The notes beneath the pieces are model-generated. The model saw only the letters and a program-made list of their open reading frames with translations, did not search any database and was not told the DNA's origin. Both the position numbers and the translations under genes were made by a program. This document shows positions 40,786 to 50,709 of a DNA stretch of 64,000 nt, piece by piece (the stretch's first letter is position 1; every line of letters starts with the position of its first letter). The DNA is from an uncultured Mycoplasmatota bacterium (lineage in GTDB: Bacteria; Bacillota_I; Bacilli_A; RF39; UBA660), in the NCBI GenBank assembly GCA_900547775.1, contig URHW01000001.1, positions 65,762 through 129,761 on the forward strand, written 5' to 3'.

Positions 40786-40908
40786 TGGTACACTTCCTTA
40801 TTTCTGACCTTATTTTAGCACAGTTTTTTATTTTACTTATTATTAATTTTATTTAAATGAATTTATTATACATTTTTTTACAAAAAAGGAACCTAGTTAA
40901 TAGGTCTC

Positions 40909-43245
40909 TTAATCATTAAAGAAATCGTCATAATATTGATCATCTGTCGTTTCATCACTTACAACGATACTATCATTGTCGATATTAACAACCGGTTCTT
41001 CCTTTTCTGAAGTATCATATGTTGTTCCTAAATCAAAGCGTTCTATTTCTGGTTCTTCTTTCTTTGGCTTAGTTTGTTGCTCAATAGTTGGTTGTTTAAT
41101 ACTTTCTTCTTTTTGTGCGGACTTTTGAGCCTCTTCTTCTTTTTCTAATTCCGCTATTTTAGCATCTATTCTCTTTACTAAGTCATCAACATCAAATTTA
41201 GGTGTCGCTGGCTTTTCTTCTGGCTTGGATAAGTTTTCTTCAAATGATGGATATTTGCTGAAATCAAAAGTTGAATTATTTTCTTTTACTGGTTTTTCCT
41301 CAACTGCTGGTTCTTCCTTAGATTTTTCCACTTCGTTTTCAATAAATGATTTTTCAAATTTTGAATTTGAGGTTTTAATATCTTTGGGAGTAGTTTCTGC
41401 TGTATTAAATGGATTGAACCCTTTACTTGCAAATTTGTTTTCTTCTTTGATTTCTTCTTTTTCTTTTTCGAGTTCAGGAACTGGTGTTGGAGTTGTTGGA
41501 GCTTTTTTATCAAGCGCATCAAATAATTTATTACGTTTTTTTACTTTAACAAATTCTTTGATATCAAATAAATCAATTGGTCTTTTCTCTCTTTCGACAA
41601 GTACTCCGTTACCATAGTTTGCTGATCCCCAGTCGATTTCGAAACTTGGTGTAAGTTTAGTTCTGAATGGATTTAATCTTGACCTTAAGATGATAACTTC
41701 AAATAGTTTTAATTTTTGAAGATCACTTACTGTAATAAGTGGTGTTGATGCTGTTTTATCTTTATCTTTTGATTTTACTTCTCCACATAATTTACTTATT
41801 TCTTCTAATGCTGCTAATTCGGTTGTAATTAGATAGATAATATTACCACAGTTACTTCTAATTGTTTCTGCCTGTTCTTTTCCATATACGTCATTTAATT
41901 GAGCAAAGTTTTGAATGATAAATGTGAAACGGATTGCTCTACTACGAGCCGCAGTTACCATTGTTGTTACATCTTTTAGTGGCGGCATGTTAGCAAATTC
42001 ATCTAGAATAAAGTTTGTACGATGTGGTAGTTTTCCTTTTGGACTATTTTGAGCTACATCAATTAATGTTTCATATGCTTGTTTTAGGAAGATTGTAGCT
42101 AGAGCATGGTATGTTGTTTTTTCGTCATGAATAATCATGAATACTGCTGTTTTTTGCTTACCAATGTCTTCCATGTTGAAGTCACTATACGAAAGCATTT
42201 CACTTAATTGTTCACGTGAAGCGAATAGTCTTATTTTTTGTCTGAATACAGATAAAATACTTCCTTTTGTTTCGTTTGGCGCATTTATTGTGTTAGATGC
42301 AAATACGTATGGACTTGAGTCTTCGCCTTTTAAAAGAAAATATTCTTTTGTATAGTTACTTGTGGCAAAGTTTTCTTCCCCTACTGTTGACATGTAGTTT
42401 ATTGAGTTTAAGTTGATTTGTGATTCTTTAGCGTCTTCGAATAGGCCTAGAGCTAGACCTGAGAAGAAGTCTGCAGCACTTTTTTCCCAGAATGGGTCAT
42501 TTTTATTTTCGGGATCATAAAGAATATTTAAAGCAACATCATCTAGTAATTCGGTTGCTTTATCAGTGTTTCCTTCTTGATATAATTTATAAGGAAGTGT
42601 AAGTGGATTCCACGCGTTACCCATGTTCGGATTACGGAAGTTAAGAACGATTATTTTGTAACCTCTTTGTCTTAACATTTCTGAGTGATCTCTGTAAAGT
42701 TCACCTTTAGGGTCAGTTAGAATCATACTCTCGCCTTTACGAGCAAGGCTTTGAACTTGTGGGTCAACCAAGCATTTAGTTTTACCTGAACCGGTTGCTC
42801 CGATTACTAAATTGTGGTAGTCTCCATTATCTACCCACATATTTTTACCATCATTTATTAATGGTATACCGGCGGCTTTTGCTTCTTGTTCCTTAATTAC
42901 AATTTTTTCAACGCCAGCGTCTTTTTTTATTTCGCTTGCTTTGGCCCATCTACTATATCCTTTTTCATCTTTTTCGCCTATTTTTAAGCCAATTCCCTTA
43001 CCTTTTTCTCTTTCAAAAATATAAGATGATACACTATAGAAGATAGACACAAGTACAGCGGCAAAGACAATTAAAGTTGCTGCTATATAATCTTTGGTAA
43101 ATCCCATAAAAAAATTTAAGCCATAAAATTCAGTTGAAGTAAGTAAACTTGTTACATTAAGCACTGCTAAAGATGATAGAATTAGTAATGCTATGCAGAA
43201 TATTATAAATATAATTAAATCTTTTGCAGATACTCTAAATCTCAT
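40909..43245 (-). CDS. Type IV coupling protein (VirD4/TraG/PcfC-like ATPase)
   Basis: Two N-terminal TM helices, Walker A LVIGATGSGKTK, ILTDPKGELY, FILDEFANMPPL, and SRAIRFTFIIQNFAQL. About 230-aa Lys/Glu-rich C-terminal tail ending DDFFND. Confidence 0.8.
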   Translation of the reverse strand: MRFRVSAKDLIIFIIFCIALLILSSLAVLNVTSLLTSTEFYGLNFFMGFTKDYIAATLIVFAAVLVSIFYSVSSYIFEREKGKGIGLKIGEKDEKGYSRWAKASEIKKDAGVEKIVIKEQEAKAAGIPLINDGKNMWVDNGDYHNLVIGATGSGKTKCLVDPQVQSLARKGESMILTDPKGELYRDHSEMLRQRGYKIIVLNFRNPNMGNAWNPLTLPYKLYQEGNTDKATELLDDVALNILYDPENKNDPFWEKSAADFFSGLALGLFEDAKESQINLNSINYMSTVGEENFATSNYTKEYFLLKGEDSSPYVFASNTINAPNETKGSILSVFRQKIRLFASREQLSEMLSYSDFNMEDIGKQKTAVFMIIHDEKTTYHALATIFLKQAYETLIDVAQNSPKGKLPHRTNFILDEFANMPPLKDVTTMVTAARSRAIRFTFIIQNFAQLNDVYGKEQAETIRSNCGNIIYLITTELAALEEISKLCGEVKSKDKDKTASTPLITVSDLQKLKLFEVIILRSRLNPFRTKLTPSFEIDWGSANYGNGVLVEREKRPIDLFDIKEFVKVKKRNKLFDALDKKAPTTPTPVPELEKEKEEIKEENKFASKGFNPFNTAETTPKDIKTSNSKFEKSFIENEVEKSKEEPAVEEKPVKENNSTFDFSKYPSFEENLSKPEEKPATPKFDVDDLVKRIDAKIAELEKEEEAQKSAQKEESIKQPTIEQQTKPKKEEPEIERFDLGTTYDTSEKEEPVVNIDNDSIVVSDETTDDQYYDDFFND

Positions 43246-43297
43246 TTAAGTCACTCCTCATTTTTTATTATATCTTAATTTTAAATTATTTTCCAGA

Positions 43298-43984
43298 TTA
43301 TTTACCAGTATTTTTTGTCTTTATTGCAATATAGGTAGTAAAGCTTATTATAATGATACCAATGATAATAAATATTATGTTATAATTAAATTTTTCTTCT
43401 TCAGTTTCGCTATGTTTTTCGTTTTTGTTATAGTTAAGATATATTTCTTTTTTATTATAGTTATCTTTAGTTAAATTCCAAGTGTATATATTATTATTAA
43501 CGCCATCAGCATTATGTTTGGTTACTTTATTGTTTATAGTTATATTTATAGTTAGTTTATCTAAATCTGGATAGTTATCAAATATGTTTTCCTTTTTGCC
43601 TAGATTTAGGCTTATTATGTTGCCGGTCTCATTTAGTTTAAAGTTAGGAAAGTGTTCTTTGACTAGTGTTGATGTTAGATATTCTTCTTTAGTGAGATTG
43701 GCTTTATAACGAGCCCCTAATTCGTTATCTGTGTCTATTTTTGATATCTGATAATATTTTAAATTATTTTGCTTGAAATTAACTTCTGGCTTGTAGTAGT
43801 TATCATCTACTGGTATTTTTGATTTTAAGGCAACATTTACTGTTTTTTGAGATTTACTACTTTTATCGTTAGTTGTTAGGACAAGTTCTTCAGTGAATGT
43901 ATTATTATTTATGTCTAGATTATAGACGGCTTCACATCCAGTTAGTGATATCATTAGAATTAATAATATTAGTATTTTTTTCAT
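43298..43984 (-). CDS. Lipoprotein with C-terminal TM helix
   Basis: Start at MKKILILLILMISLTGC (lipobox LTGC) with GGAGGATAAT immediately upstream. C-terminal IIFIIIGIIIISFTTYIAI anchor. Confidence 0.5.
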   Translation of the reverse strand: MKKILILLILMISLTGCEAVYNLDINNNTFTEELVLTTNDKSSKSQKTVNVALKSKIPVDDNYYKPEVNFKQNNLKYYQISKIDTDNELGARYKANLTKEEYLTSTLVKEHFPNFKLNETGNIISLNLGKKENIFDNYPDLDKLTINITINNKVTKHNADGVNNNIYTWNLTKDNYNKKEIYLNYNKNEKHSETEEEKFNYNIIFIIIGIIIISFTTYIAIKTKNTGK

Positions 43985-43985
43985 A

Positions 43986-45788
43986 TTATCCTCCACAGTG
44001 ATTTGCGTAGTATGCACTCATTGAGACGCCAGTATAGTATGCTGATTGGTCATATCCATAGGTTCTATATTGAACTCCGCCTCCAGTGGATTCGGCAGTT
44101 TTAAGTTGTGAACCAGTATTTTCTAGTACTAGGATGACATGGCCAGAGTTTGCGATAACATCTCCTGGAGATAGTTTGCTGAATGGAATGTGATCTCCAA
44201 GTGATAGGAATCCAGCAGCGGTATATGTTCCAGTTATATTTGCGGCATGCATTGCCCATGAAACGAAACCAGAGCAATCTAGTCCCTTGTAGTAGTCATA
44301 ACTACCGTTAGGTTTTTGAATACTTGCACCAATATTTGCACCCCACTGTCTATCAACAATAGGATTTTTTGCTACATGTCCTCCGCCATAGTAATATGGT
44401 AGGTGAAAACCTTTAGCATGAAGGCCATCGATAAGAGCAATTGCGGCTCTAGCCACTGATGCTCCACTACATCCACTACCAACTGCTGAGCGTATTTTGT
44501 TTTCGAGTTCAATTACGCCTGCTTCACCTATTGCTTCAACAAGGCTAGTACCTTTTAGCTCAGTACTATCAGTATTAGGTGGATATCCATAATCTGATGA
44601 AGCACCTGGTATTGTGTTTTTACTTAGTATATAGTTTATAACAATTTCGTGGATTTTTTTGTAAGTTTCTACATTGTAATGAAGGCCATCTACTGTTTCG
44701 AAATTATCTTTTATTTGTGAGTAAACGTCGATAAAGTTTTCGCCAAAGCCATTTTTCATAACTGTATTAAAGCCTTCAATATTTGCATTAGTTACTGAGT
44801 ATCCATTTTCTGTTTCTTTTGCTTCATCAACGGGATTGACACTCATTACATAGACACTTACTTCAGAATATTTATTTTTTAATTCTTGATATTTTGCAAG
44901 GTAGTTTGAACTATTTGACAAATCATTAACGCCAAATGCAAGAACGATAAATTTTTTACCTTCTATTTTAGTTTCTAACTCTGGTATCGCACTATCTACA
45001 AACCATGAATATCCAGCACCGTTTTGGGCGATACTACTGATGCTTTTGTTAGTAATACTGCTCATCATACCTACTATACGAGAGTCACCCATGTATATAA
45101 GAAGGTTTTCGGCTTCTGCTGCTGTGTATACTGAAGCATTATAGTTTGTATCTGAGTTGTATCCGACATCTCCTCCTTTACTTGTTAAATCAAGCATTGC
45201 TCCTGAGTTTGGCCCCATTATAATTAATAATATCATTACAAAGAAAAAGAAAAGACAAGCAGAGGCTATACCGATAATTAAAAATTTGTTTTTGAGTTTC
45301 TTTTTGGGAAATAGTGAAGTTGTTCCACTTCCTTTTGCGTTGTTGGAACCATTGTTATTGTTTGTGGCTTTTTCAGCGGCTGATACTGCTTTTTGAGCTT
45401 GTTCTGTTTTATCTATTGAGGTGGCTGCTCCAACGGCATCACTTACACCACTTTCATTTATTCGATTTGAAGCTTCTTGGATTTTATTTCCTAGGGGAAT
45501 TCTTTTGTTAATGTCATTTAGTGCTTTACCTACAATTTGACTAGATTTTCCACCAGTAAGTTTGTCGGCGCCTTTAACGATTGCTCCAGCTGCTACGGCA
45601 TGGGGAATTTTAGTTTTCATTGCAACATTGGCAGCATTACGAAGATTATTAGCATTATTTTCAATGTTTCTGGCATCTTCATTCTGCTCTATTTGCTTAT
45701 TATCTTCTGGACTTGAATCATTTTGTGTTTGTGCATTATCTTCCGGCATTAAACCATTAGACTTTGCTTTGTAAGTTTCATCATCCAT
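43986..45788 (-). CDS. Membrane-anchored cell-wall hydrolase: SGNH/GDSL esterase domain plus NlpC/P60 endopeptidase domain
   Basis: Hydrophilic N-tail, TM FLIIGIASACLFFFFVMILLIIM, SGNH blocks (GDSRIVG, FGVNDL, DGLHYN), and C-terminal NlpC/P60 (YYKGLDCSGFVSWAMH...GHVILV). Confidence 0.6.
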   Translation of the reverse strand: MDDETYKAKSNGLMPEDNAQTQNDSSPEDNKQIEQNEDARNIENNANNLRNAANVAMKTKIPHAVAAGAIVKGADKLTGGKSSQIVGKALNDINKRIPLGNKIQEASNRINESGVSDAVGAATSIDKTEQAQKAVSAAEKATNNNNGSNNAKGSGTTSLFPKKKLKNKFLIIGIASACLFFFFVMILLIIMGPNSGAMLDLTSKGGDVGYNSDTNYNASVYTAAEAENLLIYMGDSRIVGMMSSITNKSISSIAQNGAGYSWFVDSAIPELETKIEGKKFIVLAFGVNDLSNSSNYLAKYQELKNKYSEVSVYVMSVNPVDEAKETENGYSVTNANIEGFNTVMKNGFGENFIDVYSQIKDNFETVDGLHYNVETYKKIHEIVINYILSKNTIPGASSDYGYPPNTDSTELKGTSLVEAIGEAGVIELENKIRSAVGSGCSGASVARAAIALIDGLHAKGFHLPYYYGGGHVAKNPIVDRQWGANIGASIQKPNGSYDYYKGLDCSGFVSWAMHAANITGTYTAAGFLSLGDHIPFSKLSPGDVIANSGHVILVLENTGSQLKTAESTGGGVQYRTYGYDQSAYYTGVSMSAYYANHCGG

Positions 45789-45809
45789 AAAGGCACCTTC
45801 CTTTCTTTT

Positions 45810-46298
45810 TTATTTTTCGATTGTGTAACTATCTAAGTATACGGTATAATTCATAATACTTTTTTCTTTAAATATGAATGTATTGTTATCGCCATCTATA
45901 ATATAAAATAGTTTATAATTTGTTTTATCTACTACTGTGTATGAAACAACTTTTGCACTTAAAAATTTAGTTGAGTAAATGTTTTTTAAGGCATTTTCAA
46001 AGTCAGTATATGTTTGAAGTTTTTGTGATTTGTAGTAATCATCTATCTTGGCGTATGCTGCTTCTTTGTCATTTATTGTTAAATTTACAAAATCTGCAAG
46101 GTATTTTTTTGCCATATCTTGTTCAGTTACGTATGTGTATGTTACTTCATTGACTTCGTAGTTGTGAAGATATTGATAGTTGTCTATAGTATTATCTTCT
46201 TGTTCTTTTTTATTATATATAACGGAGAAAATAATAGCTCCTATAACTATTATAACGCATATTATTATTGATATTTTATCTGAATCTAGTTTTCTCAT
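45810..46298 (-). CDS. Bitopic membrane protein, candidate VirB8-like (PrgL/TcpC-type) component
   Basis: N-terminal TM plus an extracytoplasmic domain of about 130 aa, placed after the hydrolase as PrgL is in pCF10. The fold cannot be verified from sequence. Confidence 0.3.
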   Translation of the reverse strand: MRKLDSDKISIIICVIIVIGAIIFSVIYNKKEQEDNTIDNYQYLHNYEVNEVTYTYVTEQDMAKKYLADFVNLTINDKEAAYAKIDDYYKSQKLQTYTDFENALKNIYSTKFLSAKVVSYTVVDKTNYKLFYIIDGDNNTFIFKEKSIMNYTVYLDSYTIEK

Positions 46299-46300
46299 AG

Positions 46301-46804
46301 TTATTCCTCCTTAAAGATCTTTCCATCGTATGGAGTTATATCAAATAATTTTTGAGAGTTATCAATTGTAACAATTAGGTAGTAATCTCCTGCTTTAGAA
46401 CTTCCATCAATTGAATCTTCATATAATACACCTTTTATGTAATATTTATTTACTTTTTTACTTAACTTTTCTTCATACATTTTAGTTGCACTAAATGTTA
46501 AATTTTTCCCAGAAAAGTTATCCAATTTTGTTAGAATATTTTCTTCAGTAATTTTATTTTTACTTGTGTATGATTCATTAAGTACTTTAATAAGGGCTTC
46601 TTTGTTTTCGCTCGTTAAGTAGTTAATGTATTTTGTAGCACATCCGTTTGCAGTAAAGAAATCGGAGTAGTTTTCTACTAAATTAATAGATGATGAATTA
46701 GGGTTATCGTTAGAAGAATCGTTTTTTAATACTTTATTTATAATTACAGCACCAAGAATTGTAACTACTCCTATTATAATTATTATATATGTTTTCTTAT
46801 CCAT
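46301..46804 (-). CDS. Bitopic membrane protein, second candidate VirB8-like component
   Basis: Same architecture as the previous ORF (N-terminal TM plus about 140-aa domain). Confidence 0.3.
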   Translation of the reverse strand: MDKKTYIIIIIGVVTILGAVIINKVLKNDSSNDNPNSSSINLVENYSDFFTANGCATKYINYLTSENKEALIKVLNESYTSKNKITEENILTKLDNFSGKNLTFSATKMYEEKLSKKVNKYYIKGVLYEDSIDGSSKAGDYYLIVTIDNSQKLFDITPYDGKIFKEE

Positions 46805-46818
46805 TAATAATCTCCTTA

Positions 46819-48900
46819 CTAATATCCATGAACGAATATTTTACATTCTTTTTGACGTCTATTTCTTAGTCCTTGCTCAAATTGAGTTCCAGGCATGACA
46901 GCTGTTTCATTCCACCAATTTGTACATAACGCGTCAGTTGATCCATACGATGCATAGGCTTCGAAGAAACCATTTATATTTCCATGATTATATTTTAGAG
47001 ATGTTAAGGCGTCTAATTGATTATCATTTAAAGTTAATCCATTACTTGCACATAGTGCTTTTACTGATTCTCTATCTTGGTTAAGCCGGTCAGCAAAGAT
47101 TTGATCAACAACTGATTTATTCATAGTTGTTCCACAGTAATTCATATAATTATTTGTAGTTGTTAGGTTAATACCATATCTTTGAAATAGAACTACATTA
47201 TTTGCTAGAGTGATACCATGACCTACTGTTGGAATATCACCAGAGTTACAGTAGACTGTATAAGTATCTCCTGATCCTACGCTTCCTTCTAACATTTCGA
47301 TAAGTTCTACTAAGTTTGATGACGCAGATGAGGCTGGTCTAGGATTTTTTTGATCTACATAGTTTAAGGGATCTACTCTTGTTGATATATCAGTTCTTAC
47401 TTCAAAATGTAAGTGTGTTCCTGTAGAACGACCTGATGAACCTACTTTAGCGATTACTTGTCCTTGACGTACTGAATCATTTACTTTTACATTAATTGTT
47501 CCTTCATGAAGGTGGGCATATAGTGTGTACATTCCATCAGAGTGACTTATCATAATGTAGTTTCCGTAACCTCCACCGCAATTTTTATCACCAAATGATA
47601 CGCAGTTATTGATTACTTTGGTTACAATACCATCTTTAGAAGCAATGACGTTTACTACGCCAGCACTTCCTCCTGGAGCAATGTCGATTCCTGTATGTCC
47701 GCTGTTTGCTGCTCCAGTTATCGGGTCTACTCTAAGTCCAAACATACTTGTTATTGTAGTTGGTACAGGTTCCCCTGTAGCATATGTTATTCCGCCTTCT
47801 TCAGTTGTTTCTGCTGATCCAATTGGCCACCAAAATGCATTTGGATTTCCTGCACTAGTGTAATTTACAATATTATCTTCTTGTCCATAATTATTTAGTA
47901 AGTCTTTAATCATTTCAACTATTTTTTTTCTAGCTTCGGTGATATCATCGATATTGGCTTCTTTTTCAGCCTCGGTAAGTTCAGTATTTCTTTTTTTACC
48001 TGTTTTTTCTAATATTTTGGTGTAGTAGTTGCTTAAGTGAGGCTTTTTATCAAAGTAGTTTCCTTTTATTAAAAACTCCCAATATTTACTTTCTGCTACT
48101 TCTTGAGCATTGTTAACTTTATAGTCGTAGCCTGAGTAACCACCGCTTGCGGCTTCATTTTTACATTCATCTTCAGCCTCAGATTTTATTCCAAAGAATG
48201 ATAATACACCACTATTTGCAAGAACTTTTTCCCAGAAACCAACGAAATCTTGTTTAATAAGGTCCTTGCATACACCATTTTCTAGAATAGCCATGCTACC
48301 TACGCATTCGGTAGTTGTTGTACCATCTTCATTTTGGATTGTTGTTGGCGCATATGTTCCATAACATTGTGAACGATATCCTAACATTGATTTTATTAAA
48401 AGTTTAATGCTATCAGATTCGTTTTCCCAATATGATGCATCATATTCTTTGTCAATATCATAATCAGTATCTGATTCATCTCCTGTATAAGGATTACTTG
48501 ATGATCCAGTTACTTCCTTATAATATTCTCCTGAATCGGCAAATAAGTCTGGATCTAGTTCAAAAAATGCAGTCATGATAATTATTTTATCATCAATAAA
48601 CAATCCTCTTGCTTGATATTTTGCGAGTAATTTATATAGCCTTGTGTAGAAAACTCTTTGACTTGCAATTATTCTTTCTTTACATTTATCTATTTCCGGT
48701 TGATTGTCATAGTCTTCACTACATAAAAATGTCCAATAGCCTAAATTTTCTTCTGCAAATTTGTCAAAATCAAAATCTGCATATTTGAAACTTGCTGCTT
48801 TCGTTATGTTTGGACTAAGGAAAAAAACTATTAAAAAGAAAGGTATTAGTAAAATACCTATTTTTAATAGTTTATTAGTTAAATGTTTAAAATTAAACAT
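46819..48900 (-). CDS. Secretion-associated peptidoglycan hydrolase: M23 peptidase plus GH24 phage-type lysozyme domains (VirB1/PrgK/CwlT analogue)
   Basis: Signal-anchor N-terminus. M23 motifs GHTGIDIA and GSSGRSTGTHLHFEV. GH24 motifs LEG..D..T, DALTSLKYNHGN and FEQGLRNRRQKECKIF. Confidence 0.75.
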   Translation of the reverse strand: MFNFKHLTNKLLKIGILLIPFFLIVFFLSPNITKAASFKYADFDFDKFAEENLGYWTFLCSEDYDNQPEIDKCKERIIASQRVFYTRLYKLLAKYQARGLFIDDKIIIMTAFFELDPDLFADSGEYYKEVTGSSSNPYTGDESDTDYDIDKEYDASYWENESDSIKLLIKSMLGYRSQCYGTYAPTTIQNEDGTTTTECVGSMAILENGVCKDLIKQDFVGFWEKVLANSGVLSFFGIKSEAEDECKNEAASGGYSGYDYKVNNAQEVAESKYWEFLIKGNYFDKKPHLSNYYTKILEKTGKKRNTELTEAEKEANIDDITEARKKIVEMIKDLLNNYGQEDNIVNYTSAGNPNAFWWPIGSAETTEEGGITYATGEPVPTTITSMFGLRVDPITGAANSGHTGIDIAPGGSAGVVNVIASKDGIVTKVINNCVSFGDKNCGGGYGNYIMISHSDGMYTLYAHLHEGTINVKVNDSVRQGQVIAKVGSSGRSTGTHLHFEVRTDISTRVDPLNYVDQKNPRPASSASSNLVELIEMLEGSVGSGDTYTVYCNSGDIPTVGHGITLANNVVLFQRYGINLTTTNNYMNYCGTTMNKSVVDQIFADRLNQDRESVKALCASNGLTLNDNQLDALTSLKYNHGNINGFFEAYASYGSTDALCTNWWNETAVMPGTQFEQGLRNRRQKECKIFVHGY

Positions 48901-48918
48901 ATTATCACCGCCTAATTA

Positions 48919-50709
48919 TTATAGTCCTCCACCTGAGCCAAATGAATCTAGTTCATCTTGAGTTAGAACTACATTTATTCTCATACGTCTGTTACCGCAG
49001 ACAAATAAAGCCTCACCTTGACTATATGTCTTAATGCTTTCTTTCTCATTGTCGTTTAAGTCAATTAATCTTGATAAGTCTTCAACTGCTTGTTTTTTTA
49101 ATCCCATTACTAAGTAATATGCGGCATTATCAAAGATTGCTTTACCATGAACAAAAATATTTTCAGCAGCAAAGTCTGTTGGTTGCTGTGTAATGATAAT
49201 TGTTCCAGTATTGTATTTACGACTACGTCTTTGAATTTGTGCAAGGAACTCGGCACCTAATTCATTTTTGCTTGATAATAGAACATGAGCTTCATCTACA
49301 AACATAACTGTATTTGTAGATTTATCTAAACATAATCCCCATGCATATTTTAGGATATTGAAGAACAAAGCATTTCGAATATTTTCATCACTATTCATTA
49401 GTTCTTTAATATTAAATACGATGAAATCACTCTTAGTTTCAATCGTAGTGTGACCGTTAAAATAGAACCTTAATTCTTTTACGAATGGTCTAATTCTTAG
49501 TTCTAGACGCTCCATGACATCTTTTTCTCTAGTTGCTTCTGGCATTGATAAAAGTTTACCTTTTATGGTTGCATAGACATCATCAAAGATTGGAAAGTCT
49601 TTAGATGTAAATTTACTAAAGTCTGTATTAAAGTCAATGCCAAATCTTTTATAAGTATCTTGAACTACTTCACTAAACATTGCTAGAACGTCTTCTTCAA
49701 TAGATGGATAGTAGTATTTCATGAAGGCTTTTAGTGATTGTAAGGTTCTTGTTAGAACTGTATATCCTAATCCTTCTTTAATCTCATCTTCATCAGCATC
49801 AAAGATTACTTCCAGTGGGTTTACCATACCAAATGCTCCACCACGGCCTAAGTCAATGAAGTCTCCACCAAAATTGTGAGTCATTTCACTTAATTCACCT
49901 TCTGGGTCGATTGCTACTATTTTACATCCGTTTCTGATGTGAGTTCTAAGCATTAATTTAGCAGCTGTAGATTTACCACTACCTGATGTACCCAAAATAA
50001 TCATGTTAGCATTATTTCGATTAAATTCTTTTTTTGTTTGATATAAAAATTGGTTAAATAAAACTACACCGCCAGAGAAATCAACACCTAATAATGTGCT
50101 TGATCCTGGATCTTTAATGCTATCAAATACGAATGGATACATTGCTGCTATTGTTGGACTTGGTATAGGGATACCTACTCTTTGCTCAACATCTTGTTTT
50201 GGGAATATTGGAATCATAGATTTTAAGACTTTTTCTTGTTCAAACATCATTGGGATTCCTCTCATACCCATCGCGTCAAGATAATTTCTAACTTGCATCT
50301 TTTTATTTTCTAATTCTTCTTTAGTATCAGCAGTTAACATGATATGCATTTGAAAGTCGAATATTTTTGATTGAGTTGCTGCTAGCATTTGGACAAATGA
50401 TTCTAAAGATTCATAGTCTTGACGAATTCTTTCTTGAAGAGTTCTTTCATTTTCATGTTGATAACGTTCTTTTAAGTCAGCAATTTCTTTATTAATCATA
50501 CGACTCATTGTTGAAAAGTCGATCGGAATATGTTTAATTACTACTTTTACTCCTGGTAAGTTAGTAACGTTTGCTAGAAACCCTGGCCCGATTATTTTAG
50601 GATAACTTATGATAGTTAATATTGTTGCATATTTATCGCTAATCATAAATTCATTTACGTCGAATTTCATACCTTTAGGAGCTATTTCACTTTTAAATGT
50701 ATTAGACAT
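48919..50709 (-). CDS. VirB4/PrgJ/TrsE-like ATPase, C-terminal 596-aa part
   Basis: Walker A ILGTSGSGKST, VAIDPEGELS, Walker B VMFVDEAHVL, and arginine-finger region QIQRRSRKYNTGTIIITQQ. Confidence 0.8.
   Translation of the reverse strand: MSNTFKSEIAPKGMKFDVNEFMISDKYATILTIISYPKIIGPGFLANVTNLPGVKVVIKHIPIDFSTMSRMINKEIADLKERYQHENERTLQERIRQDYESLESFVQMLAATQSKIFDFQMHIMLTADTKEELENKKMQVRNYLDAMGMRGIPMMFEQEKVLKSMIPIFPKQDVEQRVGIPIPSPTIAAMYPFVFDSIKDPGSSTLLGVDFSGGVVLFNQFLYQTKKEFNRNNANMIILGTSGSGKSTAAKLMLRTHIRNGCKIVAIDPEGELSEMTHNFGGDFIDLGRGGAFGMVNPLEVIFDADEDEIKEGLGYTVLTRTLQSLKAFMKYYYPSIEEDVLAMFSEVVQDTYKRFGIDFNTDFSKFTSKDFPIFDDVYATIKGKLLSMPEATREKDVMERLELRIRPFVKELRFYFNGHTTIETKSDFIVFNIKELMNSDENIRNALFFNILKYAWGLCLDKSTNTVMFVDEAHVLLSSKNELGAEFLAQIQRRSRKYNTGTIIITQQPTDFAAENIFVHGKAIFDNAAYYLVMGLKKQAVEDLSRLIDLNDNEKESIKTYSQGEALFVCGNRRMRINVVLTQDELDSFGSGGGL

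Noticed and set aside
39990-40912. Similar hairpin cores (cctagttaa) after the 252-aa gene and after the VirD4 gene, checked as possible att or direct repeats of a mobile element
   Set aside because: Only about 9 nt are shared, and both are positioned as transcription terminators. Too short and too degenerate to call att sites.
41225-41617. Repetitive KE-rich and poly-lysine antisense ORFs, suspected as a CRISPR or simple-repeat array
   Set aside because: They arise from the Lys/Glu-rich tail of the VirD4-like gene. There is no regular repeat-spacer periodicity.
46819-48900. Prophage endolysin (M23 plus GH24 lysozyme)
   Set aside because: No capsid, tail, terminase or holin genes are nearby. 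The gene sits between VirB4 and VirB8-like genes with tight coupling, which fits a T4SS wall hydrolase.
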